Assembly (NCBI GenBank): GCA_051362555.1
Contig: CM120648.1
Location: forward strand, 39,721-103,720
DNA length: 64,000 nt
Direction: 5' to 3'
From: Lingula anatina
Lineage: Eukaryota; Animalia; Brachiopoda
Every line of letters begins with the position of its first letter. Position 1 is the stretch's first letter. A program made the position numbers and the translations under genes. This document shows, piece by piece, positions 23,426 to 35,600 of the stretch. The notes beneath the pieces were generated by a model, which was given only the letters and a program-made list of their open reading frames with translations, was not told the DNA's origin and did no database searches.

Positions 23426-26400
23426 TAGAGTTCACAAATATAATCTCCAGACATTTTAATTATTTTTTATAGAGTCGATTGCTTGTGCACTCGACTACTT
23501 TATGACCTTACCTGTAATTATGTTACTAAAGTGGACGTGTGCAATTTGAATAATTAAAATTCGTATGTACCGCCAAATAATGCAGCACCGAATCCACCTA
23601 TAGATAAGAAATATGTATAAAAGACATCTAGAATTAAGATCGGGAGTTAAGAAGGAAGAAGACTCGAAAGAGACCGCTCGACGGAGCCATGGGAGACGGC
23701 CTAGAGCTTGGAGATTTCATGTAGATGATGTAGTTAGACAGAGTCAACCAATAAACCATTAAACTGGTCATTATGTGGACTTGGGTTTTCTTTGCGCGAC
23801 CTTACGTAAATCTGACACGAACTGTAGAATCTTTGGACCGCGTTATCCACTAAGTTAGACGAAAACGTAATGTCCTATTTCGAGCCCACGCTTGAATTAA
23901 GCGTTCAAAATTATATAAGTTTAGGACATTCATCTCATATGTATATGTAAAGGTACATAACAACACACGCACGCACATGCATACACACACACACACAGGT
24001 TATTTGGTTAATTTTATCTTTTTCTAGGATTTTGTTCAGAATACCATCTTCTTCTATGGTTTCTATGACAACAGTCGCTATGTTGGCAGTGCAGACTACA
24101 TGCTTCCTCTGGCCTATTTCATGACCAACCTGGTTGTAATGCTGTACTGTGTTATATCCATTGTGATGAGGTTAGTTATATATGTACACATTGGGGGGAA
24201 AGTATCAGCTTAGGAAGTTGAGGAAAATGCACATTTATGTAATAGAACATGTGACCTAGGATGCATTCAAAATTAATCCATTGTACTAGCTACTGGGCAC
24301 TAACTCCACACAGACTCTCGCTAAATGCAATCAGATTAACCAATTAATATTCCTCCCTTAATATCCATTGTACTAGCTACTGGGCACTAACTCCACACAG
24401 ACTCTCGCTAAATGCAATCAGATTAACCAATTAATATTCCTCCCTTAATATCCATTGTACTAGCTACTGGGCACTAACTCCACACAGACTCTCGCTAAAT
24501 GCAATCAGATTAACCAGTTAATATTCCTCCCTTAATATCCATTGTACTAGCTACTGGGCACTAACTCCACACAGACTCTTGCCAAATGGTACACACATCC
24601 TTAGCCAGTATTTATACACTATTTATATATAATTGTAGGATGTCAGTGAAATACAAGAAGACTAAGAAGACTGGGACCACAGAAGACTATCCTTTCTCCT
24701 GGAAGTTATTCTGCTCCTGGGACCACTCTGTCACCACCAGGGAAGGGGTGAAGGAAAAGATCTCTGCCATCAGAACAGACTTCAAGGTAGGTGTCATTTT
24801 GGAAGTCACATGTCTTGGGTTGGTTTGGGTTGTTAAGTACACTGTCATGTAAAAAACATTGCTACTTTTGACTCATTGTCATATCTAGCACAGTGTCACA
24901 TTTTACTTAGTGTCACTCTGCCACCCACAACACACTACACTCACTGTCATACCAAATTATACACTGTCATACCAAATTATACACTTTCATACCAAATTAT
25001 ACACTGCCGTATATTAAACACTGTCATACCAAATTATACACTGCCAGATATTATACACTGTCATACCAAATTATACACTGCCATATATTATACACTGTCA
25101 TACCAAATTATACACTGCCATATATTATACACTGTCATACCAAATTATACACTGCCATATATTATACACTGTCATACCAAATTATACACTGCCATATATT
25201 ATACACTGTCATACCAAATTATACAATGCCATATATTATACACTATTATACCAAATTATACACTGCCATATATTATACACTGTCATACCTAACAAATGTC
25301 ACATCTGTCACACTGTTTTGTGCATTAGTCTAATCAAGCTTATTGTCACACCTAACACAAGATCCAATGAAACTTTTCATACCTTTCAAGTCGTTCAGAT
25401 GAAATATCACATCTAACACACTGTCACACCTAACACACTGTCACATGTAAAACACTGTCACACCTAACATACTGTCACATCTAACACACTGTCACATGTA
25501 AAACATTGTCTCATCTAACACACTGTCACATGTAAAACACTGTCACACTCAACACACATGTAAAACACTGTCACACCTAACACACTGTCACATGTAAAAC
25601 TCCGTCACACCTAACACACTGTCACATCTAACACACTGTCACATCTAACACACTGTCACATCTAACACACTGTCACATGTAAAACACCGTCACACCTAAC
25701 ACACTGTCACATGTAAAACACTTTCTTAAAAGGTAACTTACCACATTTACTACTTCCTAATCAGAAATAGAAAAAAAAATCCTTGAAATTTTTTCAAGCA
25801 GGGAAAAAATTAAAGGCAACCTTAACAAAATAATAAAAAATGACATTAAAATACTACCACTTATTTCAGGAACATGTTAGGGAACTGAAGGAAATACTAT
25901 CACATATTTCAGGAACATGTTAGGGAACTGAAGGAAATACTATCACATATTTCAGGAACATGTTAGGGAACTGAAGGAAATACTATCACATATTTCAGGA
26001 ACATGTTAGGGAACTGAAGGATGCTCAAAAGTTTCAAGATTTAAAAAAGTAACTATAAGCTACATGAGCTGGCAATTGATGCTGAGCTTGCTTTATTTCA
26101 GAAATGACAGCAATATTGATCAATTTCATTCAGGACACATCAAAATTTATGAATAAGAGGACTATTTACGAGCAATCATTTTGAATGTGTGAGATAGCTA
26201 GCACTGATCAGAGCTTGCTTTGTAATCTAAATAATTGAAATATGTTATGATTGGGACAAAAATTGATACATAATACAACATTGGTCATATCATCAAGGTA
26301 TTTTCCCAAAATAATGTGATCAAAAATTTGTCTTAGTTTGATAGTAATTTAAGAAATCTTATAGTGATTATCACTTTGTAAAAATCAAAGCATGCACTAA

Positions 26401-29400
26401 TACACTGAAGTGTGTGAATGGTTTACTGTGACATTAATTTGTTGATTAAAAAAGTAATAATCTATTTTGTAGTATGTATAATAATGTGTTGGTTTTTATT
26501 AAATACATTGAAATGACTTGTTTCTACTCATTGTTTCAGAAAAATTTCAGAAAATTAATTGTCAGCAATATTGAAAAAAGAAACCAGTGACGCTTGTGAA
26601 TTATGATTATTCATAGCAATAACCACTTTCAGAGTAATAACATTTTGGCCTGTTTTACTGAAAAAAAAAAAAAAAAAAAACAACTTTACCACTTTCCTTC
26701 CAGAGGTCTTGTGTACACCAGTCGTTTATTTGTAAACCTGGCTGTGATTGGTCTGCTTGTTGCCAGTGGTGGCTTCATTGTCTATGTAGTACAACAAGAG
26801 CCGCTCAATGTCTATATCCCCCTTGATATCCCTGGTGTGAGCCCCACATTTTTACAAGAGTACCAGGTAAAGATCCCTTGGTTTACTAAGTGTAAAGCTC
26901 TACATTTTTAACAGACTCTGAGGAAAAAGTGCTCGATAATATGGGGCAAAGTGGGAGTTTCTCATTTCTAATAAGGGCTTGCGTAACACATAGTAAATGC
27001 ATAGGGAATGGTATCACTGTATGCAACAGAAAACATACACCATTGGACTGATGCAATTTTCTCTCCATATGGTAAGCTTGGCTGAAATTACTGCTTCACA
27101 TTAGCTAGCTGTACTAAAATTATTACATGTACATTCCTAATTTTCAGGTTTCCCTTGTTGTGGCAGGCCTCAAATTGTTTGTTCCAATCCTATTTGATCA
27201 GTTGGTCAAACTAGAAAAATGGCACCCAAGGACTCGGATCAAGTTCACGCTGGCACGGTAAGGGGGTGTGTGTGGTTGGTTTTGGGGTATTAGTGCATGT
27301 TTTAGTTTTACAGTAATAGATTCTTCAAACAATAAAAAATGTCTGAAATTATTACAAATAATTTATTTATTTAATACTTAATAAATATTAGTACATGATA
27401 GGGTTTCTCATGTAGATTTAATGAATAAAACATGGTCCTCTGTAATGATTTTATTTCAAAGTGACATTACTGATAATCATATTCAATTTTTTTCTCTCTA
27501 TTTTAGAACCACAGTTTTCTACTATGCCAGTCTTGGTGTTTTGTCTTATTCCTTGTATAATGTTGCTACAGAGTGTGTAAGTTTTTATAAATTTTCTTAT
27601 GATATTTTAAAGTTATTTGATTTGACACTGTATCTTATATTTTAAGTAAGCAAAGATTTGTTAAAATACATTTTTGTTTCATTCTGGATCATAATGATAA
27701 TTGATAATGCTTATGTAAAACTTTTGAATTGGATTAAGTTGTTATATCATTCAGTGTTATTAAAGTACTGAATGATTTTTTTGTAAAATATGAAATTAGT
27801 TCTAATGCTGACAATTATCATATATCTTTCACTGCACAGGACACATCTTCAAGCACCTCTCCTGTAGATGTCACCACTGGCAATGACAGTCTCTGTTGCT
27901 GGGAGACAGTAGTTGGAGAGGAGATTTTCAAGGTGGTGTTACTGGATATTGCAGCCAGTATTCTGGCAGTTTTAGGGACTGATGCTCTCAGAGCTTGCCT
28001 GGTCAAATGTCTTGGTCTTACCCAGAAGGTAAAGATTTGAGGGGGTCTTGTATGAATAAAACATATCTTAGATATAGAGAATAATTCTGGTTCTGCAACA
28101 GTATTTCACTAAGTATAGTACTTTATATTACCCTATGACTTGTTAGTAAAATTGCCATCCAAACAATCTCAGCTGTAGCTCAGTGTCAAAACTAACACAG
28201 TCTACTTACTTCAGCTTGGTTATGGAGAATTCAGCGTAGCAACCAGCGTTCTGGAGCTCATCTATGGTCAGGGACTTATTTGGCTGGGTTTGTACTTCTC
28301 TCCACTCCTTCCTCTCATAGCCGTGGTCAAACTGGTCATCTTGTTCTATTACCGCTACTACATGGCTAAACTGACCAATGTCCCTCCACAGAAGATGTTC
28401 AGGGCGTCCAGATCTGGAAATTTTTACCTGGCTCTGTTGTTGACAACATTGTTATTGTGTTTGATACCTGTGGCCCTGGCTGTTATAGTGTATGTATTGT
28501 ATTGATATGGGCATTGTATTTTTACATCTCAAACATGATGTTGCAGATGGCTTGAAAAATTATTGTAATTGTTACAGTTGTTATTCTTGTTTATGGCTAA
28601 AATATGAAAAAATTTGCACATATGATAGAAAGACAAGGGATAAAGCATGCATATTTTATTTCTCAATAAAGCAAGTTTTTACAAGTTACAAGTAAAGGAG
28701 GTCCTCCATCAAAAGTCCATGGCGATTATGATAAAAGTGTTATTCAAATATATTCCTTATTTGATTAATTGGCATTGTATTTACTTTTCACATAACTTGG
28801 CTTTGCTTTGATTTAATGAAATGGGTGTTAAGTAGGATAATTATGCAAACTCACTCTCTCTCTCTCTCTCTCTCTCTCATACCATGTTCATCTATTCTAG
28901 AATCCCTCCATCCAGAGACTGTGGTCCATTCAGGGCCCTGGACCATGTGTATGATGTACTGTTACAAGAGATAGGGGTGTTACCCACCTGGCTGCAAGAC
29001 ACCATCAACATCATCCTCAGTCCTGCTGTGTTTGTCCCTGTGATTATCATCCTGATGTAAGTTCTACAGGACAGTCACACAACAGATTTCAGTGTGTATT
29101 TTTTATTTCTATATACAGACATAGTGTGTCTGACCCTGTACATAAAGCCATCAACATTATTCTCACTCCTGCTGTGTTTGTCCCCATGATTATCATCCTG
29201 ATATAAGTCCTACAGAGCAGGCTCATAGATTTCAGTGTACTTTTTTATTTTGCATGCGTCTACATATGGCCATCATGTGCATCTGTTGTTCTAAAGTTTG
29301 CCTTGACTTAGTCGTCAGGAATTTTCTCTGTTCATTGACACTGTGAATAGCTAACTACTTGACTTATTGTATATTATTGCCAAGAAAAAAGCATGTATGT

Positions 29401-30480
29401 TCCAGACTTGCAATCCTATGGTACCTTTGTTTATTTTGATCCTGTATTACCGTGGACTATTATCCTGATGTATATTTCAGACTAGTTATTCTATATTACC
29501 ATGGACTATTATCCTGATGTATATTTCAGACTAGTTATCCTATATTACCATGGACTATTATCCTGATATATATTTCAGACTAGTTATCCTATATTACCGT
29601 GGACTATTATCCTGATGTATATTTCAGACTAGTCACCTATATTACCGTGGACTATTATCCTGATATATATTTCAGACTAGTTATCCTGTATTACCGTGCA
29701 CAGGCGTCCTCTTACAGAGATGTCATAGCAGACTTGAGAATGCAGCTCCATTTTGTAAGTGTGAGGATTTATGTATTTATTGTAACCTTAGGTATAGATG
29801 AACTTTTCTACTTTTCTTGAAGATTTAAGACTCTTTAATCATCCTCTTTGATTTGTAGTATTGGTACATTTATATTTGATATTATATGATATTGATATTT
29901 TGTATGACATATTCCATTGATTTCTCATTGGTTAATTACTTCAGAATTTTTGAGTCTGAAAAGGCGATATTGGATTCATGTAACATAAATGACCTGAAAT
30001 GTTTGACACATATCATGATAGTTTTTACATAAATTTTATATCAGGAGCGGAGTGAAGGAAAACGGAAAGTATTTGCTGCTGCTGCAAAAAGAGGTGAGCT
30101 CCCATGAGAAGTTGCTCATTGTTTATCATAAAACATTTGAGTTACTTGAACATGGAGCTTAGAGGTGCAGTGATATCAAAAGGTTACATGTAAACAGTCC
30201 AATTTTTTTTTACATACATTGAAGATTTCTCTTTTTTTGGTTCCTCTTGAAAAAGAATGCTTTGATGTGACCATAGCTCTTTGTCCGGGATTTTGGAATC
30301 AGCTTTATCTGATTTTACTTCCAATTGGTTGATAACTAAAAGGATTTTAGTAAATGACATTGCTTGAATTAAGTATCAAACTTCCATTTGTCATGCTTTT
30401 TTCTTTGTTAAGGCCAGATAAAGAAGGAAGAAAAACCTGTTGATAACAGTGCGCTGGTGGAGCTGCCTGAAGAACCTTGA
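17802..30480 (+). CDS. TMC: Transmembrane channel-like protein, TMC1/2/3-like (19 coding exons, ~716 aa)
   Basis: Exons 17802-17874, 18202-18319, 18731-18880, 19639-19714, 19907-19988, 22286-22392, 22872-22916, 24028-24170, 24639-24786, 25999-26048, 26704-26866, 27148-27257, 27507-27576, 27840-28028, 28215-28489, 28901-29056, 29676-29754, 30045-30093, 30413-30480; 2151 nt, phases consistent. Motifs QPWPMRQK, WKGKIKKIEAYFGTGVSSYFVFLR, FFYGFY, LPLAYF, LEKWHPRT, CWETVVGEE, GLYFSPLLP, FRASRSGNFY, PSRDCGPFR. Confidence 0.93.
18283..18560. repeat. ~70-bp tandem repeat (x4) spanning the TMC exon 2 donor
   Basis: GACTACATGAGACGATCTAGATATC(G/A)TCAGTTTTATAC(A/T)GAGGCAAG|GTA(A/G)GATATT repeated, with donors after 18319, 18389, 18466 and 18536. 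Confidence 0.93.
19996..22108. mobile_element. Non-autonomous DNA transposon (hAT-like CAGT termini) with 6-bp TSD in TMC intron 5
   Basis: Left end CAGTAAACTCGTTAG; right end reverse-complements to CAGTGCACTCGGTAG. Flanked by TAACTA at 19990-19995 and 22109-22114. CpG-rich interior unlike neighbouring introns, no long ORF. Confidence 0.65.
20689..20863. mobile_element. Nested foldback-type MITE with 16-bp subterminal repeats and 8-bp TSD
   Basis: GGGGGCGT..CGATAGTCCGAAGGTTCATTGGTCCGAA at the left, inverted TTCGGACCAATGAACCTTCGGACTAT..CG..ACGGCCCC at the right. ATGGTTGC at 20681-20688 and 20864-20871. Confidence 0.8.
22430..22690. repeat. Degenerate ~17-18-bp AACACACTGTCACATCT tandem repeat
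   Basis: Read directly; the same motif family occurs at 24880-25725 and 49328-49471. Confidence 0.8.
23424..23962 (+). mobile_element. Solo LTR (539 bp) inserted in a (CA)n microsatellite
   Basis: TGT...ACA termini; ACAC(AC) direct repeat at 23420-23423 and 23963-23966; internal TATA (GTATAAAAG, about 23615) followed by AATAAA (about 23750). The CA tract continues on both sides. Confidence 0.75.
24277..24587. repeat. 87-bp tandem repeat, ~3.6 copies, TMC intron 8
   Basis: ATCCATTGTACTAGCTACTGGGCACTAACTCCACACAGACTCT recurs at 87-bp spacing. Confidence 0.95.
24940..25725. repeat. 35-bp and ~18-bp ACACTGTCA-core minisatellites, TMC intron 9
   Basis: ATACACTGTCATACCAAATTATACACTGCCATATATT units (24940-25290) and AACACACTGTCACA(T/C)(C/G)T units (25405-25725). 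Confidence 0.93.
25862..26020. repeat. 43-bp tandem repeat (x4) spanning the TMC exon 10 acceptor
   Basis: TATTTCAG|GAACATGTTAGGGAACTGAAGG four times; only the last continues into the exon. Confidence 0.95.
29431..29698. repeat. 48-49-bp tandem repeat (x5) spanning the TMC exon 17 acceptor
   Basis: GGACTATTATCCTGAT(G/A)TATATTTCAG|ACTAGTTATCCT(A/G)TATTACC repeated. Confidence 0.93.
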
Positions 30481-32663
30481 GGAAAGAATGAATAATTTTA
30501 TATTTTATTGAAATTATATACATGGCAGCTTTTCTTGACATCACTTGTAACTTTAATGTCATAAGTGACAGATGTTTTAAAAAAGGTAAATTTTAGGTGT
30601 CATGAAGACACCTTGTTTGTGCAAAAAATGATCAAATTCCAAAAAACTTATTTGAGCTTATGGTTAATTTTTATTATAAAATGTACTGTTATAGAAAAGC
30701 AAAAGGTATTGGGTTATACTTATTTTCACAGATTTAAAACTCAAGCTCAATCTAACTTTTTATTTGCTTAAGCCACCTCTGACGAATATCAAATTTTTTT
30801 TTTTCATTTTTGTCATCCAGAATATTTAAAATGTCTCAAGATATCAGGTAAAATTTGTGCTGTTATGCACTTAGCACTGTGGCAATAACAACATTTGTAT
30901 ATAATGGCAAATACACACTTTATTTCTCTATATGTGCATGAAACATTTCTCCCGTAACAGGGTGTAACAAATATTGTGACACTTCTAATACAAAGCCTAC
31001 AGGGTTCTCCCAAACATTGTGACCATAAAAAATCTACAGCAAAGAACAAAATGGAAAATTTGCTGCACACAGCAATTGAAAATCTTTGTTTTTATATCTT
31101 GTCAAGTAAATGAATTCAACAATCCTGGATAAATTGAGCTCAAATTATAATTAAGAATAATATTCCAATACAGAAAAAATATTTGATTCCCTCATCGATT
31201 GACGTTTTACCCTAGAAAAGAGACCAACTGGCAATAAATTATCTTATACTGAATTTACTTCTATGTTATATATGTTCACATTTAAAAAAGAATCACAACT
31301 CAATATATTAAACCTCACTGTCTTGCGATTTATGAAGCCATCTGAAAAACTCTGCCTATGTATAACCCATTTCTTCTGCTGAATCACTCATCAAATAGGT
31401 CACGGTGACCTATGAACTATGAAAAGGTTGCATTGGCCTGTATACTGTCAAATAGGTCACAGTGACCTACTTTTCATAGTTTACATGGTAACCAACAACT
31501 AGGCAGATGCCAGTTTTATATAGGTCAAAATGTGAAGAATGGAGTTACACATAAACACAGTTTTCTATCATCTACACAGCACTGGAGAAGTCAGGGGAAA
31601 CAGGAGTGAAAACGGTTAGACTGCCATGGTCCTCAGGGAGTGAGTTTTTCCACCAGTTATAATAGAGAGGTTTATATACTTGTGTCTCCTCTGACTTTTC
31701 CAGGACTATAAGCATCCAACTCTATCATAACAATCATAATACTGTCATAACTTTGTACATGATTGGCTATGGGAATGGCCGGTGAGACAAACTCAGAAGA
31801 CTGAGCACATCAAATAAGATATGTAATAGTTGAGATGAATATAACTATCATGTGACTATCATGTGACTGGTTTGTGACCTGGTTTGTACATCATACAACA
31901 TTTAAGTGTGTTAAGATTACAGTCATAATTGATTCCTGGATCTTTGTCCTGCTAATTCTAATCCATATTCTACTGTCAAACAGTCTACAGCACTTTCACA
32001 TCAAAAAGCTATCATAGCAATATAAGAAGACATCTGCAAGAACACATATAAAGTGAGCATAAAAATAAACAAAGGGACATACATATAATAAAAAGAATCA
32101 GTGACCATCATGTACAAATCTTTATACTTCACTGGCTTTGGAATGGCTCTTCTTGTGCAGTGTCGCCATCACAAAGAGCTTTCACTTTCAGTTTGAGCAG
32201 AAAGCACTGGCAGTGTATGTTATTATGGAAGTATTTGTAGAAAACCAAGGCTGCCTGGACTCCATTTAAAATAAAGGCACCTGGAGTATTCTTAATAGGT
32301 TGCTCTAACCTAAATACGCCACCTAGTGGACAAGCTGACAACTTCCAGTAGTGAGTGGTACTGGAATACAGTGGAAGTATTAAGACAGGTCAAGGTCACT
32401 GGGTCAAAGGTCACGGGGCAAAGAGCACCTTGATGTGACAAGTCACCTGATTCTAGGACGGTTTTCATAAGCTCTGCCCCCTATTGAGCAGCAAAAACAT
32501 CTATTAATCAATAAATGCAGCAATAAAATGTTGGTCCCATCTTAAACTGAATATGCACAAAAATAAAATGACAATACAATAAAACACTGAAATAGTCTTC
32601 AATCTGTTCAATACATAAGTCAATTATTAGTTGCATATTTAACCCTCTAGAGGTTTGGCAGTG

Positions 32664-35600
32664 TTACTTCCTCTTGAAGCTCATGGGGCTTGAGGTACTA
32701 GGAGTGCGGCGTATGCTGCTGCTGGCGTGACGAGATGCAGGCGTGGACGTGACACGACCCAGCCTAACTGGTGAAGTGCTGCGTGTGGGAGATCGTCGTC
32801 GTGGTGACAGCCTTGTTGGTGAGATGGTGCTATGATGGTCAACAGTGTCCCCAAGTTTACTGGTCTCATGGTCCAGTAGAAGGGTGTCTAACCCAGGGTC
32901 ACGTGCCACTGTGCCTAGAGAACTGTCCAGGATGTTACGGATGTCCTTGATGTCATCACCTGTGCGCGTGCTGCGCTGGATGAACTGTTGACGTTTACGC
33001 ATCTCCTGGGCTAACTGGTCCTTCAGTGTGTTGATCTGAAAATGTGGAAAATGGTTATGAGATTCATAATCTTTTTCCCCCAATATGTAAATTTGTTGTG
33101 AAAGTTGATCTGAAAGTCTTTTGGGTCTTATCAAATAATAATAACTGAATTAAAACTACATTTAAATTTCTTATGACGTAAGATGTTGAAGTGTGTCATC
33201 AATATGATAGAAATTTTAAAAAGTGTTTATTTAAATGTGGTGACTGTTTTAACTACAATTCCATTTTGCAATTTCTGATCAGCTAAAATGGATTGCAAAA
33301 TTTTAATTTTTTCTATTCATTCTTTGTAATTAATATCATGATATTGAAAATAGTCCCATTCCTCTGTAATTTTACCTGTTCTTCTAGACCCTTCACTCTC
33401 TGTCTGTGTGCACGCTCACGAGCTTCAAGTGTCCGCTCTGCCTGGAGTTGAGCAGAACGTAGACGCTCAGTCTCCATTTCCGTTTCTGAGCGGTGACGCG
33501 TGGTCAAGTCAATCAACCTGTGGTGAATAAAATAATATTTTGATTTCCAGTGGAGACTGTCCAACTTTTGCTTTTGGATAGAGACTTGTACAATCACATG
33601 GGAGTTGTGGCAAAGATTCTTTATTTTAGCAGTAATTATGAATGTGATAGAAAGTTTTTACCTCTGAGAATGAGCCTGCTCCATCTCGGCCATCTGAGCC
33701 TGCATGCTCTGAAGTTGGCGCTGAAGGTCCATGTTTTCTTCCTCCAGTCGCTTCAGAGTTCCTTCCATACTTCCTTTCTCAGTCATGCTGCGTGAGGCAA
33801 CTTCTTCAGTCTTCATCTTTTCGCGCTCCACCTTGTCCAGAGTCTTCTTCAGTGCGGACTTGTCCTTCTCTGTGCGAATGACGTTACGCTCGATCTCACG
33901 TTTGTCAGTTTCTAGCTGAGCATACTGGCGTTGGAGAGAGGCTACGCGTTCTTGTAAGCCTTGCTTTTCAGTGCCAAGTTTCTGCAGGCGCTGGTTCAAT
34001 TCTTGCTCCTGTTCTTGTCTCTGCACAATGATCTGTAGATCAACATGACAACACATTATTACTGACTATCAGGCAGTTCATTGCTGTAATAATTTTTTCC
34101 TTCATTCTGAAGAAAGTAAGATAAATGTAGCTTGATTAATAATAATAAATTGCTCAACAAGATGGCTTGTAATGTAAAATATTTTAGTAGGCTTGTTAAG
34201 GACCAAAAAATGGCCAAATGCTGCATTTTGTAGTACAAATGTCTAACTTGGCATAAATGTTCCTTGGGCTAAAAGAAAATTTTTTATCCAAAGAGACGCC
34301 CTCTATCGATACATTAATTAGCATAAATTATGCAAATTAGGTGCTAAAATATATAATATTTCATATTTCCATTAATATTTGGCCTAGAAACATGTATAGA
34401 TTATCAAACCTGACTAAATTAGGGACAAGGAACCCATTTTTGATCATTTGGAAGCAATTGGTGGCCATTTTGTGCCTCAAATCCAAGATGGCCGCCACCC
34501 GCCATTTTGAAAGTGGACATAATTTTGCTATTTTATGTTGAATTTTGAAGCGTTTGGTCTAATTATACTTGATATATATATCGATTCTTACTATTTTGGG
34601 GGTGCAAAAGTCATTTTTGATATTGTTATGGTGATAGTAGGTGATTTGAAGGAACAAAGAGGGTGTTCTAAGTGCCTACCAAGATATGTGTGAACGCTGT
34701 TAAACCATGGATATTAATAACCCGTATTCAAATATATCTCAATGCAATTTTTTGTTATATACCATCGCTATTGGACTATATTATGAGCAAAAAAAAACCC
34801 CTCATTTTTACCATTATGAAGGCCATTGTGGCCGTTTTGTCCCTCAAATCCAAGATGGCCGCCAAAAACCATTTTGAAATTGGGCATAATTCGCTTTTTT
34901 GAAACTACCCGGTATATGTATTACATCTTTGTAAATGAGTAATACGTCGTTTTATGTTATTTTCTGGTGCAGCATACATTATCTGTTTCATGAAATGTGA
35001 GTACAAACTATTTTAGCCTCCAAAATCAATATGCATGTAGGCTTAAGTTGTCAAATAGTCTAATTAGTACATGTAGTCTAATTAGTACAAAATGTTTTAT
35101 TAAATCCTAAAGAGCTTGAATCAAGCGTCAAAGACCAAAATGGCTTAATTAAAGGTAAAGAATACATACTTGGTGCTTTGGAGACAATTGGTAGCCATTT
35201 TGATCCTCAAATCCAAGATGGCCGCCAGTCACAATTTTGAAATACGGGTAAGGCATAACTCATCAATTTGAAGCTATTGCTCTTACACTATCATGTTATA
35301 CATCGTTTCTTATCATTTGGGTTGTAGAAGTCGTGTCTTATCTCTTCTGAGATATAATACAAAAAGAAAATATTACAAGGCTCCAACACCAATACAGGCT
35401 TACGTTTTCACCTTCGCTTGTATACGTCTTGAAGTCAAATTTGTGCAAAAATATGTTATATAACAATTATAAAATGGTTTTGCCAGACAGATTAAGTGCA
35501 AGAGACCAGCATGGCTGATTCGACTTTATGGTGACTACTGTTAGCTATTCTGTTCTTCATATCCAACAGCCTGTCACTATTTTAAAATTATGGCATAATT

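Noticed and set aside
24876-25292. 138-aa His/Tyr/Cys-rich ORF
   Set aside because: Translation of the 35-bp minisatellite.
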